The position numbers and the translations under genes are program-made. Shown in pieces: positions 33,077 through 43,346 of a DNA stretch of 64,000 bases. Origin of the DNA: Methanothermococcus sp. Ax23. GTDB taxonomy: Archaea; AGJL01; Methanococci; Methanococcales; Methanococcaceae. Location of the stretch: assembly GCF_049075655.1 (NCBI RefSeq), contig NZ_CP157522.1, positions 1,312,001 through 1,376,000 of the forward strand, read 5' to 3'. The notes beneath the pieces were generated by a model that worked only from the letters and a program-made list of their open reading frames with translations, did no database searches and had not been told where the DNA came from. Each line of letters opens with the position of its first letter. Within the stretch, counting starts at the first letter, position 1.

Positions 33077-34031
33077 CAACATTAAATGTCCAATATGTGG
33101 AAATAATGCATATTATAAATTTACAAAAACTAATTTATTAGGTTCTTTTAAATTTTATGAATGTAGAAATTGTAATTTATTATTCGTAAATCCAATACCC
33201 ACAAAAGAAATGTTGGATTTCTACTATTCTGAAATATTTACTCTCCCAAACAATCAAAGATTAAAAAATATTAATAAATTTTCAGAAGTTTTGAAAATGA
33301 TAAATACTAATATCACAAATAAAAAAGTTTTGGATATTGGGTCTGGAAAGGGAGATATCATTAAATGTTTTTATAATTCCGGTGTAAAGGAGATTGTTGG
33401 AGTAGATATTGATAAAGATTTAATAAAATTAAAAGACAATATTCCAGATGAAAAAATAGAAATAATAATCGAGGATTTTTTAAATATTGAAGATAACTTA
33501 AAAAATGAGTATTTTGACATTATTACAATGTTTGATGTTATCGAACATTTTACGAATCCAAAGATATATTTAGAAAAAGCACTTTCGAAATTAAAAAAAG
33601 GAGGTAAAATAATAATAACTACACCAAATATAGGCTCTTTAAACTATAAAATATGTGGAAAATACTGGGATTGGATTTCACCACCTGCACATCTTTATTA
33701 TTTTTCACCAAATTCATTAACAGAATTGTTAAATGAATTTGGAATATACGACATTCAGACATATTCGTTTTATGGAGATTGGGAAGATAATTTGGTAGTG
33801 TCAACACTTAAACTACCATACACCGTATTAAAATACCATATTAAATGTTTAACACTACCACTGGTTAGAACTATGGTATTAAACAACATAAGGAATCAAA
33901 AGAATAATAAAAATTATGATGATAAATCTATAAATCTCTCAAAGAATTTAGATTTTTTAAAATGTTTTGACAAATATATTTATAATTCTTTGAGTTATCC
34001 ACACTTGATAGTGGTGGGTGAAAAACAATGA
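33069..34031 (+). CDS. Class I SAM methyltransferase with N-terminal Zn ribbon
   Basis: CPICG...CRNC, LDIGSGKG, FDVIEH, TPN, PPAHLYYF. Confidence 0.88.
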   Translation: MNNNIKCPICGNNAYYKFTKTNLLGSFKFYECRNCNLLFVNPIPTKEMLDFYYSEIFTLPNNQRLKNINKFSEVLKMINTNITNKKVLDIGSGKGDIIKCFYNSGVKEIVGVDIDKDLIKLKDNIPDEKIEIIIEDFLNIEDNLKNEYFDIITMFDVIEHFTNPKIYLEKALSKLKKGGKIIITTPNIGSLNYKICGKYWDWISPPAHLYYFSPNSLTELLNEFGIYDIQTYSFYGDWEDNLVVSTLKLPYTVLKYHIKCLTLPLVRTMVLNNIRNQKNNKNYDDKSINLSKNLDFLKCFDKYIYNSLSYPHLIVVGEKQ

Positions 34032-35281
34032 AAAAAGATAAAACAAATATTAATATTGTCCTATTTCATTCTTTTGAACGAAAGTGGTTTCTAAAAAATA
34101 ATATTACAATAGAATTTTATGAAAATTTAGAGACACACATAACGAAAATACTTTGTAGATTGATAAAATTATCTGAATTTACAAAATATTCACCTAAATT
34201 CGTATTTTTTACAGCATATAAAGAGTATGATAATTTACTTTTAAAACATAGATGTGGTTTTAATATAAATTTAATGTATGTTAATTTATTCAAGCTAACA
34301 ATACCTTTGGAAATTTCACTATCTCTATTAAATCAAATATTTAATATCAAAAAATCAGAAGTGTCTATTTGGCATCTAAATACTTATTATTATTTAATGT
34401 TTGATTTTGTAGTCCCAATACTAAAATTAAAAAAACAAAAAATAATAGCACATCACAGAGGAGGTGGATTTAGTTGGAATCCTATCGCAATACCTTATTC
34501 AATTTTTCAATATATATTAATGTTGCCTATACTATTGAGATTAGTGGATAAAATTATTGTTCAAAACAAATATGAACTCAATAGATTGATAAAACAATAT
34601 ATGATAAGTCCTAATAAAATTGTTTGGATACCCAATGGAATTGATATTAAATTATTTAAGCCACTCCCTGAAAATGAACGAAATATTTTAAGAAAAAAAT
34701 TTGGATTTAACGAAGATGAGTTCGTAATCTTGTATGTTGGAAGAATAACGAAAGGAAAGGGTATTTTAAAACTTCCAGAAATAGTTGAAAAATTAATAAA
34801 TGAGTATAATGCAAAAAAAATAAAATTCTTTATAATTGGTGATGGTGATGATAAAGAAAAATTAATAAACATATTAAAAGAAAAAAAGTTATTAGACTAT
34901 GTTAAATTCTCAGAGGGGTTTATAAATGATATAAATGAACTAATAATCCATTATAATGTTGGAGATATTATGGTTCATCTAAATACAAATCCAAAGTTTG
35001 AAGGTTCTCCAAATGTGGTTTTAGAAGCACAGGCATGCGGCTTACCAGTAGTTGGATTTGATATTCCGGGTGTTCAAGATTCAATAATTGATGGAAAAAC
35101 CGGCTTTTTAATAAAAAATAAGGACTATAATGATTATGTTAAAAAACTTAATGTCGTATATACTAACAAAAAATTACATAACACTATGAAGATTGAAGCA
35201 AGAGATAATATTAAAAAGAATTTCAATATAGACGATATTATTGAAAAATACATTGAAGTTTATAAAAATGTGCATTTGTGA
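34028..35281 (+). CDS. Glycosyltransferase family 4
   Basis: IPNGID, YVGRI...KG, EGSPNVVLEAQACGLPVV. Confidence 0.9.
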   Translation: MKKDKTNINIVLFHSFERKWFLKNNITIEFYENLETHITKILCRLIKLSEFTKYSPKFVFFTAYKEYDNLLLKHRCGFNINLMYVNLFKLTIPLEISLSLLNQIFNIKKSEVSIWHLNTYYYLMFDFVVPILKLKKQKIIAHHRGGGFSWNPIAIPYSIFQYILMLPILLRLVDKIIVQNKYELNRLIKQYMISPNKIVWIPNGIDIKLFKPLPENERNILRKKFGFNEDEFVILYVGRITKGKGILKLPEIVEKLINEYNAKKIKFFIIGDGDDKEKLINILKEKKLLDYVKFSEGFINDINELIIHYNVGDIMVHLNTNPKFEGSPNVVLEAQACGLPVVGFDIPGVQDSIIDGKTGFLIKNKDYNDYVKKLNVVYTNKKLHNTMKIEARDNIKKNFNIDDIIEKYIEVYKNVHL

Positions 35282-35285
35282 TAAA

Positions 35286-36410
35286 ATGGGGAGATTTGAG
35301 AAATATAAAAATAAAAAAAATGATAAGGTTGTATTATTTAGTTTCTACGGAAGGAGTGGAATGTGGCATTATGCTACTCAATATGCTAATGCATTAAGTA
35401 AATTTAAAAATGTTTATTTGGTTTGCCCCAAATTTGCAAAAAAAGATTTTGTAAATTATAATAACAACCTTTCTTTAATAGAAATAGATGCTAGTCCATC
35501 TATTAAAAAATTCATTATTGAAACTTTGAACTTACATCAACATATAAATTTATTTCTCAAAATCTTAAAAATGAATCCTACAACATTGCACTTTTTAGAT
35601 AACCATCCATGGAGCGTTATTTATGCAGTAATATTCAAGCTTTTAGGTTATAAAATAATATTTACACAGCACGACCCAATCCAACATACTGGAGAACCTA
35701 GGGGGGACATACAAGGAATTATAAATAAACTACAAATGAAATTGGGAAATTACATAATAATTCATAGCGAATTTTTAAAAAATATGGTTTTAAAGAAATT
35801 TAATATTTCAAAAAACAAAATTATTATTTACCCACATGGGCATTATGCATTCCTATTAAAATATAAAAAAGATAACATTAGGGAAGAGCCATATACTGTA
35901 TTATTTTTTGGTAGAATTTTAAAGTATAAGGGTTTGGATTTACTACTTAAATCTTTATTAATTTTAAAAGAGGAAGGATGTAAATTTAAACTCATTATTG
36001 CCGGTGAAGGTGATTTAAAACCTTATAAAAAACTAATAAATAAACTTAAAGGATATATTGAAATACATAATAAATATATTGCGGAAGAAGACATTCCTTA
36101 TTATTTCCAAAAGGCATGTTTAGTGGCTTTAACATACCACGATGCTACGCAAAGTGGTATAATTCCTATTGCTTATCCTTTTGGAAGACCCGTAATTGTC
36201 ACAAAAGTTGGGGGTTTGCCTGAGGTTGTTATAAATGGAAAAACCGGATATATAGTTGATAAGAATCCAGAAGAAATTGCAAAATCGATAAAAAATATAC
36301 TGTACAATCCATCCGTTCAAGATGAAATGAAAGAAAATTGTAAAAAAGCAACTTATAAACTTATCGATTGGAAAAAAAATCTTAAAAAAATTCTTTACAT
36401 ATACAATTAA
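35286..36410 (+). CDS. Glycosyltransferase family 4
   Basis: FFGRILKYKG, ATQSG, PVIVTKVGGLPE. Confidence 0.9.
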   Translation: MGRFEKYKNKKNDKVVLFSFYGRSGMWHYATQYANALSKFKNVYLVCPKFAKKDFVNYNNNLSLIEIDASPSIKKFIIETLNLHQHINLFLKILKMNPTTLHFLDNHPWSVIYAVIFKLLGYKIIFTQHDPIQHTGEPRGDIQGIINKLQMKLGNYIIIHSEFLKNMVLKKFNISKNKIIIYPHGHYAFLLKYKKDNIREEPYTVLFFGRILKYKGLDLLLKSLLILKEEGCKFKLIIAGEGDLKPYKKLINKLKGYIEIHNKYIAEEDIPYYFQKACLVALTYHDATQSGIIPIAYPFGRPVIVTKVGGLPEVVINGKTGYIVDKNPEEIAKSIKNILYNPSVQDEMKENCKKATYKLIDWKKNLKKILYIYN

Positions 36411-36430
36411 CGATTTTGGGTGGTGGTGCT

Positions 36431-37480
36431 ATGAAGCTATACAAAAGTGGCGATTCATATAGTTTATTTAGTAAATTTATTTCATATATAGAGGGGAAAA
36501 TTACTAAAAAAGAACTATTGATTAGCCGAAAATATAGTAATTTAGAATTTCCAGATACAATATTAATAGGGCAAACGAATTATTGCAATCATAATTGTAT
36601 AATGTGTCCAAATAGATATATTAAAAATAAAGGATTCATGAGCATGGATACTTTCTTAAAAATCATTAATGAAGCGAAAGAATATAGAAAACACATCCGA
36701 AGAATAGGTTTTGGTTTATTTGGAGAAACATTATTGCATCCAAATATTAAAGATTTCATTAAAATTATAAGAAATGAATTGGGTGATATAAAAATAGAAA
36801 TTGGGACTAATGCAACACTATTAAACGAAGAGATGGCGGATTTTTTGATAGATTATAATGTAAATCAAATTAATATCTCATTTTACGCTATTGATGAAGA
36901 AAGTTATTCAATAATCCAAGGACATCATCCCAAATTTTTCAAAACTACATTGGACAATATAAACAATTTTATTAAAAAAGCTAAAAATAACAATAAAATC
37001 AAAATAAGAATGGCTTTTATTCCAATAGAACATAACAAAAACAGATGGAAAGAATATTTTTCCCAATTTGAAAAGGCCGATAATTTAGAATTTGATATTG
37101 TAAGATTGCACAAATGGGATGATATTCAGAATTTAAATAAAATCGATAAAGAGAGCATCTTTCCAACATTTAGATATTTCAAACCATGTATTCAAATCGA
37201 TAAAACAATAGCTATCGATTGGGATGGCAGAGTTGTTGCATGTTGTTATGCATGGGATAGACCCGAATTGATTATAGGTAATGTATCCAATCAATCAATT
37301 TACGAAATCTGGAACGGTGAAAAATTCAATAGTCTAAAAAAGTGGCATGAAACAGGAAAATCTGTTAATTTCATTCCTTGTAATAATTGTGCGGCACATA
37401 GGTATGAAATGAATTTTGTAGATAGTTTGAAGTATTATTTATATAAAAGAAAAATAAAGAATTTTATAAACAAGGGATAG
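36431..37480 (+). CDS. Radical SAM/SPASM(twitch) protein
   Basis: CNHNCIMC; C...G.V..CC...GN...IWNG...C..C. Confidence 0.9.
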   Translation: MKLYKSGDSYSLFSKFISYIEGKITKKELLISRKYSNLEFPDTILIGQTNYCNHNCIMCPNRYIKNKGFMSMDTFLKIINEAKEYRKHIRRIGFGLFGETLLHPNIKDFIKIIRNELGDIKIEIGTNATLLNEEMADFLIDYNVNQINISFYAIDEESYSIIQGHHPKFFKTTLDNINNFIKKAKNNNKIKIRMAFIPIEHNKNRWKEYFSQFEKADNLEFDIVRLHKWDDIQNLNKIDKESIFPTFRYFKPCIQIDKTIAIDWDGRVVACCYAWDRPELIIGNVSNQSIYEIWNGEKFNSLKKWHETGKSVNFIPCNNCAAHRYEMNFVDSLKYYLYKRKIKNFINKG

Positions 37481-37481
37481 T

Positions 37482-38624
37482 ATGGAGATTGTTTTTATAT
37501 TAAATTCCGATTTTGGTGTTAGGAATACGATTGGAGCTAGAGCATTACCAATAGCAAATGAGGTGTCCGAAAATAATAATTTAACTATATTATGTAGGGG
37601 ATATAATAAAGATTTAAAAGATTTTAATATTATTCAGTGTTTTCCTTATGCAGATTTTATTATGAAAGTATTTACGGCAATTCCCATATATATTTCAAAG
37701 GACTTTCCAGCGGGAAAGGTAAAAAATGATATTTTTGAATATTGTATTATAAGAAAATTAAATAAATTGAAAAATATTACTATAATCCATTCATGGGATT
37801 ATTTGCCAAATATATATGCTAACATAAAATCCAAAAATAAAAATGCAATAATAATCCAAGATGTAGCTATGGCGTTTCCAAATATTTTAAATGACGATGA
37901 AATGAAAACTATATGGGGGCAGGTTAAATCAAATATTCCAGAATATGTAAAAAATTCTTTAAAATACATTGATTATTATATCGTTCCATCGGATTTTGTG
38001 AAAAAATCATTAATTAATGAAGGAATTAATGAAACTAAAATTTTTGTTGTGCCATTTGGGGTAGATATAAGTAAATTCAAACCCATTGAAAAAGATTACA
38101 ATGGAACATTTAAAGTTGCATTCTCAGGGAATGTTAATAATAGAAAAGGTATTCCTTATTTGATTCAGGCTTGGAGAGAATTAAACCTAAAAGACGCAGA
38201 ATTAAACATATATGGTAGAGTTTATCCCGAGGTTAAAAAATATTTTAAAGATGCTGAAAAATATAATATAAAGGTTCATGGATTTGTAAGTAATATATAT
38301 AGTGAGCTCCCAAAAAATCACATCTATGTATTTCCATCATTGTTAGAAGGTTCTGCGAAATCTATTTATGAAGCATTGGCATGCGGGCTACCCGTGATTA
38401 CAACGGAAAATTCTGGAAGTGTTGTTGAAGATGAAAAAGAAGGATTTATAATTCCTACGCAAGATATTGAAATACTAAAAGAGAAAATATTATTTTTCTA
38501 CAATAACAGAAACAAAATCAAAGAGTTTGGAATAAATGCAAGAAAAAAGGCAGAACAATATACTTGGGAAAACTATGGAAAAAGAGTTAATGAAATTTAT
38601 AATTTGGTGAATAACCATGAGTAA
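37482..38624 (+). CDS. Glycosyltransferase family 4
   Basis: VPFGVD, RKG, FPSLLEG...EALACGLPVI. Confidence 0.9.
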   Translation: MEIVFILNSDFGVRNTIGARALPIANEVSENNNLTILCRGYNKDLKDFNIIQCFPYADFIMKVFTAIPIYISKDFPAGKVKNDIFEYCIIRKLNKLKNITIIHSWDYLPNIYANIKSKNKNAIIIQDVAMAFPNILNDDEMKTIWGQVKSNIPEYVKNSLKYIDYYIVPSDFVKKSLINEGINETKIFVVPFGVDISKFKPIEKDYNGTFKVAFSGNVNNRKGIPYLIQAWRELNLKDAELNIYGRVYPEVKKYFKDAEKYNIKVHGFVSNIYSELPKNHIYVFPSLLEGSAKSIYEALACGLPVITTENSGSVVEDEKEGFIIPTQDIEILKEKILFFYNNRNKIKEFGINARKKAEQYTWENYGKRVNEIYNLVNNHE

Positions 38625-39714
38625 AATTTTATATGTCCATAATGCAGATTTTTCAAAACCCTGTGCAAATAGAATTCAAGTTTTAAACATGTGTAAGGCA
38701 TTTAGAAAAATTGGGCAGGATATTACACTTATGAGTTTTAATAATGATAAAAATACTATTAAAAAAGTTTATAATGAAGATGTTGATTTTAATACAATTT
38801 CTTTGAAACCTTTTATAAATTATTATTTTAGAAGTTTATTGTTATTTTTGAGATTTTTGAGTATAAAAAATAATTATAATTATATTTACACTAGGGATTT
38901 GATATTTGCTTTTTTAGTTTCAAAATTCTTTAAAGATAAAAAGGTAATTTATGAATTGCATGATTTATCAAATGGTAAAATATGGCACTTTCTTTTTAAA
39001 CGAACTTTCAAAAATTTACATGGGTGCGTAGTTATTAGTGAAGGCTTAAAAGAAGAATTAATAAAATGGGGCTTTAATAGTAAAATATATGTATTGCATG
39101 ATGGTGTAGATTTAAATAGATTTGATATAAACATTTCAAAGAAAGATGTAAGAGCAAGATTAAACTTACCAAAAGATAAAATAATAATATCATATACTGG
39201 AAGTTTGCAGAATTGGAAGGGATATGAAACATTTTTAAAATCTTATAAGTATTTAAAAAATAAAAAAAATACTGTTTATTTGATTGTAGGGGGTAGTGAA
39301 GAACAGATAAACAAATTAAAAGAAGTATATAAAAATAAAGACATAATTTTTGTTCCATTTGTTGAAAATTCAAAAGTTCCTTTATTTTTAAAAGCGTCAG
39401 ATATTTTAGTTATTCCAAATTCATCTAAATATGAAATTTCAGTTAAATACACATCACCCTTAAAATTATTTGAATACATGGCATCAAAAAAACCAATCAT
39501 AGCTAGTGATTTACCAAGTATTAGGGAAGTGGTGGGTGAAAGTGAAGTTTTATTTTTTGTGCCAGATGATGAAAGAGATTTGGCATTAAAGATTGAAAAA
39601 CTTATAAATAATGATGAGTTGCAGAATAAATTGGCAAATAATGCCTATGAGAAGGTTAAAAACTATGCTTGGGAAAAGAGAGCCAGTAAAATTATAGAGA
39701 TTTTAAAAAAATAA
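38617..39714 (+). CDS. Glycosyltransferase family 4
   Basis: YTGSLQNWKG, SPLKLFEYMAS. Confidence 0.9.
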   Translation: MSKILYVHNADFSKPCANRIQVLNMCKAFRKIGQDITLMSFNNDKNTIKKVYNEDVDFNTISLKPFINYYFRSLLLFLRFLSIKNNYNYIYTRDLIFAFLVSKFFKDKKVIYELHDLSNGKIWHFLFKRTFKNLHGCVVISEGLKEELIKWGFNSKIYVLHDGVDLNRFDINISKKDVRARLNLPKDKIIISYTGSLQNWKGYETFLKSYKYLKNKKNTVYLIVGGSEEQINKLKEVYKNKDIIFVPFVENSKVPLFLKASDILVIPNSSKYEISVKYTSPLKLFEYMASKKPIIASDLPSIREVVGESEVLFFVPDDERDLALKIEKLINNDELQNKLANNAYEKVKNYAWEKRASKIIEILKK

Positions 39715-39726
39715 ATGGTGAAAAAT

Positions 39727-40794
39727 ATGAAAATCGCTAAAATAGGTAGTTATTCACTCAACTTAATAAAAAAATTCCCCACTCCGTTAAGAAATATAGC
39801 AGTAACTTATGGGACACAATTATTAGAAAAATTACCAAAATCGTGGTCGAGTAGATTATACAAAGAAATTTTATTAAATCATACTCCCTCATCATTTCTA
39901 ATTGAAGTAACAAATACATGTAATTTGAGATGTCCATTATGTTCAGTTCATAAACTAAATAGAAAGAAAAAAACTCTTAAATTTGAGGAATTAAAATACA
40001 TTGTAGATAATACTCCTGCTATAAAACACATTGGATTTTATATATTGGGGGAACCATTATTATGCAGAGATTTATTTAAAATGGTTAGATATTGCTCAAA
40101 TAAACAAATAACAACTGGATTTTCAACTAATGGTATGCTCATTGATAAATATATTGATGAAATATTTGAATCAGGGCTTGATTATATTCAAATTACAATA
40201 GATGGTGCTGATGCTGAGGCACATGAAAAATATCGAATAGGGAGTTCTTTTAAAAAAGTTTGTGAAAATATTGAAAAACTTACTAATGAAAAGAAAAGAA
40301 GAAATGCAAAAAAACCCTATATAAAAATCCAAACGCTAGTTTTTAAGTTCAACGAGCATCAACTAAAAGATATTATTGAATTAACAAAAAGGTTAGGTGT
40401 TGATGCCATTAATTTCAAAGCACCGAGTATTGGAAAAGATGACAAATCAAAATTTGAGATTGAAAAATTAATGAAAGAGTATATTCCAGAAAATAAAAGC
40501 AGATATAATCGATATAGTTTGAATATTAAATACTATAAAGATATGCCGATATGCCCTCAATTGTTCAATGGATATATACTATCAAATGGGGATGTAGTTC
40601 CTTGCTGTGCTGATTATGAAGGAGAATATAGTTTTGGAAATATATTTGAAGAGGATTTTGCAAGTATTTGGAAAGGAGAGCTTAGAAAAAAGTTTTTAGA
40701 TGAATTTTTCAGTAGAAATTCGAATTTATGTAAAAAATGTGATCTTGCTTATGGCATAATTGATGAAATTATTGAGTTTAATAATAATGGGTGA
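39727..40794 (+). CDS. Radical SAM/SPASM(twitch) protein
   Basis: CNLRCPLC, GEPLL, CPQL...GDVVPCC...CKKC. Confidence 0.9.
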   Translation: MKIAKIGSYSLNLIKKFPTPLRNIAVTYGTQLLEKLPKSWSSRLYKEILLNHTPSSFLIEVTNTCNLRCPLCSVHKLNRKKKTLKFEELKYIVDNTPAIKHIGFYILGEPLLCRDLFKMVRYCSNKQITTGFSTNGMLIDKYIDEIFESGLDYIQITIDGADAEAHEKYRIGSSFKKVCENIEKLTNEKKRRNAKKPYIKIQTLVFKFNEHQLKDIIELTKRLGVDAINFKAPSIGKDDKSKFEIEKLMKEYIPENKSRYNRYSLNIKYYKDMPICPQLFNGYILSNGDVVPCCADYEGEYSFGNIFEEDFASIWKGELRKKFLDEFFSRNSNLCKKCDLAYGIIDEIIEFNNNG

Positions 40795-40798
40795 AATT

Positions 40799-41512
40799 AT
40801 GTTTAAATCAATATTAATTAAAATATATTCTTCAATATTTATTAAGTATTCAAAAAAATTTTCAAGAAAAAATTTAAACAATTACTTAGAAAATACAATT
40901 AACAAATATGTAATTACCAGTGGTAATAATAATTTAAAAATCATAAATATTGGAGCAAGTGGTGCAATTGGAGATTTCATAAAATCGAAAATTGAATCTA
41001 AGGGATATAAACTCATTGAAATTGATATTGACGAGAAAAGATGCCCTGATTTGGTGCTGGATATACAAAATATGTATTCAATAGATGATAATTCTGTCGA
41101 TATTATTTTTTGCTTAGAAGTTCTAGAACATGTTAAAAATCCTTTTAAAGCCGTTGAGGAAATAAAAAGGATACTAAAATCAGGGGGTATTTTCATAGGT
41201 TCAACACCATTTATATTTCCGATACATGATGAGCCTTATGATTATTTTAGATACACAAAATATGGAATTTTAAGTTTATTCAATGAATTTGAATGTTTAG
41301 AATTGAAAGAAAGAAATTCATATATGGAATCATGGTATGTTATATTATTAAGATTGTTAAATATTGGGAATATTAAACAAAGACTTTTTGGAATTATGTT
41401 ATTTCCGTTCATGATATTATTACTTCCTTTTGTATTGCTTTTTGATGCAGTAATTACTAATAAACAATCTACAACAGGATATTTTTATGTTTTTAGGAAA
41501 AATAAAAAGTAA
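40799..41512 (+). CDS. Class I SAM methyltransferase
   Basis: NIGASG, EVLEHV, STPF..P.H..P.DYFRYT. Confidence 0.85.
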   Translation: MFKSILIKIYSSIFIKYSKKFSRKNLNNYLENTINKYVITSGNNNLKIINIGASGAIGDFIKSKIESKGYKLIEIDIDEKRCPDLVLDIQNMYSIDDNSVDIIFCLEVLEHVKNPFKAVEEIKRILKSGGIFIGSTPFIFPIHDEPYDYFRYTKYGILSLFNEFECLELKERNSYMESWYVILLRLLNIGNIKQRLFGIMLFPFMILLLPFVLLFDAVITNKQSTTGYFYVFRKNKK

Positions 41513-41571
41513 TAAATTAAATAAAATTAAAGATACATCTTAAATATTACAATACACAATTCGGTGAACCT

Positions 41572-42033
41572 ATGTTTTTAAAGTTGAAATCTAGAATACT
41601 GATTTTAAGGAAAATAAAATATAAAATAAGGTATAAAAATTTAAAACTCGGAAAAAATGTAAAAATATACGGGACTTTAAAAATTATCGGCAAGGGTTTG
41701 ATAGAGATAGGGGACTCTTCAACATTAAATGAAGGCGTTATTTTAAATGCTAAGGATGATATAAAGATTGGAAAATATTGCCGTATTTCATCGTATGTCC
41801 AATTGATTACTGCGGGTTTGGATTTAACTAAACCTTACGCAAATAGACCGCACATAAGTAAACCAATAATATTAGAAGATGGAGTATGGGTGTGTTCTGG
41901 AGCCATTATACTTCCAGGAGTAAGGATAGGTGAAGGTAGCGTCATAGCCGCAGGCGCCGTTGTTAATAAAAATGTTCCACCTTATGAACTATGGGGAGGC
42001 GTTCCTGCAAGAAAAATAAAAAATTTAAAATAG
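41572..42033 (+). CDS. Hexapeptide-repeat O-acyltransferase
   Basis: IILPGVRIGEGSVIAAGAVV, GGVPAR. Confidence 0.9.
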   Translation: MFLKLKSRILILRKIKYKIRYKNLKLGKNVKIYGTLKIIGKGLIEIGDSSTLNEGVILNAKDDIKIGKYCRISSYVQLITAGLDLTKPYANRPHISKPIILEDGVWVCSGAIILPGVRIGEGSVIAAGAVVNKNVPPYELWGGVPARKIKNLK

Positions 42034-42066
42034 ATAATATTGCAGGTTTTGTGAAAAGATTAATAT

Positions 42067-43329
42067 CTATTTACAGTATTTGAAAAAAAATAAAAATGTA
42101 ATAGTCATTACAAATAACCTATGAATAATTCTTGCTATAATTGCCCCTAAAAGCCCATAAAAATAAATTCCAATTAAACTTAGTAATATTAATAATATAG
42201 CAGAGTAATTATAAAATTTATTTACTAAATCTCCTTTTTTTTCTTTTATTAAATAATTAAATGGCAAAGTATATATCATACTTATAAAACTTAAATGATA
42301 TACCATACTCAACCAAACATATTCATAGTATCTAGGATAAAACCATTTAAAAATGAAAGGAGCAACTACCCAGTAAATTAAAATTAAAAAAACAATCACT
42401 AACAAAAACTTTTTAAAATGTTTCATTAAATCTTTTTTACCCATGTCTTTGGAAGCAATTTTAGGTAATAGCATGGGAGTAAATGCATTAGCAAAAATTT
42501 TAATTTGATTGGGCAATAATGTAACAATTTTAAAAACTGCCAAATCAGAAAAGCCTATAATATAAGGCATAATTAAACTATCAAAATTCCATGAAACAAT
42601 AGCAAATGCCTGAGAATAACTAATACTTTTTCCAAATTCAATACCATGTTCATCAATTTTGTTATTTTTTACAAATTTTTTAACATAAAATAAACTAAAA
42701 TATCCATTAATAATAATTTGGACCAAAACAGTAATTACAACAATCCAAAAAACACTTTTTGTAAAAAATACTACAACAACTATCAAAATTGTTGAAATAA
42801 CATTAAAAAATGATGATAATTTAGCCAGTCCATCAAATCTTTTTTTGCCATTTAATAAGTTAGGATAAAATCCGGAAATGGAATAAAATGGAAAGATAGA
42901 AGACAATATTAAAAAAATTAACATCATATCAAATCTTCCAAAGAAATATTCATAAATGGAAAATCCTAATAATAATAAACTTCCCAGCCAACTCCATTTA
43001 AAAACTTCTTTCAATGCCTTAAAATATGTTCCTTCATAACCTTTTGCAACTGCCTGAACAACCGCAACACCCATTCCAGGAAGTGCAAAAACCCCTGCAA
43101 TCCCTAAAACTGTCATTACAAAACTATATTCTCCAAAAACTTCTTTTGATAATAAGTTGGCGAAAACGATACTTAATATAAACCCTTTCAAAGTTCCGAA
43201 GAATTGCCCAACACTTAACCAGAATCCGCCCCTTATAAAATATGGAAGGTCTAAACCTACCTTTGAGGAATAGTCCTTTGTAAGATCATATATTCTATCT
43301 TTTAAATTGTTATAGTGTTTCTTTACCAT
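42067..43329 (-). CDS. Oligosaccharide flippase (Wzx/MOP family)
   Basis: About 12 TM helices; LSKEVFGEY motif; glycan context. Confidence 0.82.
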   Translation of the reverse strand: MVKKHYNNLKDRIYDLTKDYSSKVGLDLPYFIRGGFWLSVGQFFGTLKGFILSIVFANLLSKEVFGEYSFVMTVLGIAGVFALPGMGVAVVQAVAKGYEGTYFKALKEVFKWSWLGSLLLLGFSIYEYFFGRFDMMLIFLILSSIFPFYSISGFYPNLLNGKKRFDGLAKLSSFFNVISTILIVVVVFFTKSVFWIVVITVLVQIIINGYFSLFYVKKFVKNNKIDEHGIEFGKSISYSQAFAIVSWNFDSLIMPYIIGFSDLAVFKIVTLLPNQIKIFANAFTPMLLPKIASKDMGKKDLMKHFKKFLLVIVFLILIYWVVAPFIFKWFYPRYYEYVWLSMVYHLSFISMIYTLPFNYLIKEKKGDLVNKFYNYSAILLILLSLIGIYFYGLLGAIIARIIHRLFVMTITFLFFFKYCK

Positions 43330-43346
43330 GCAAATCCCGTTTAATT

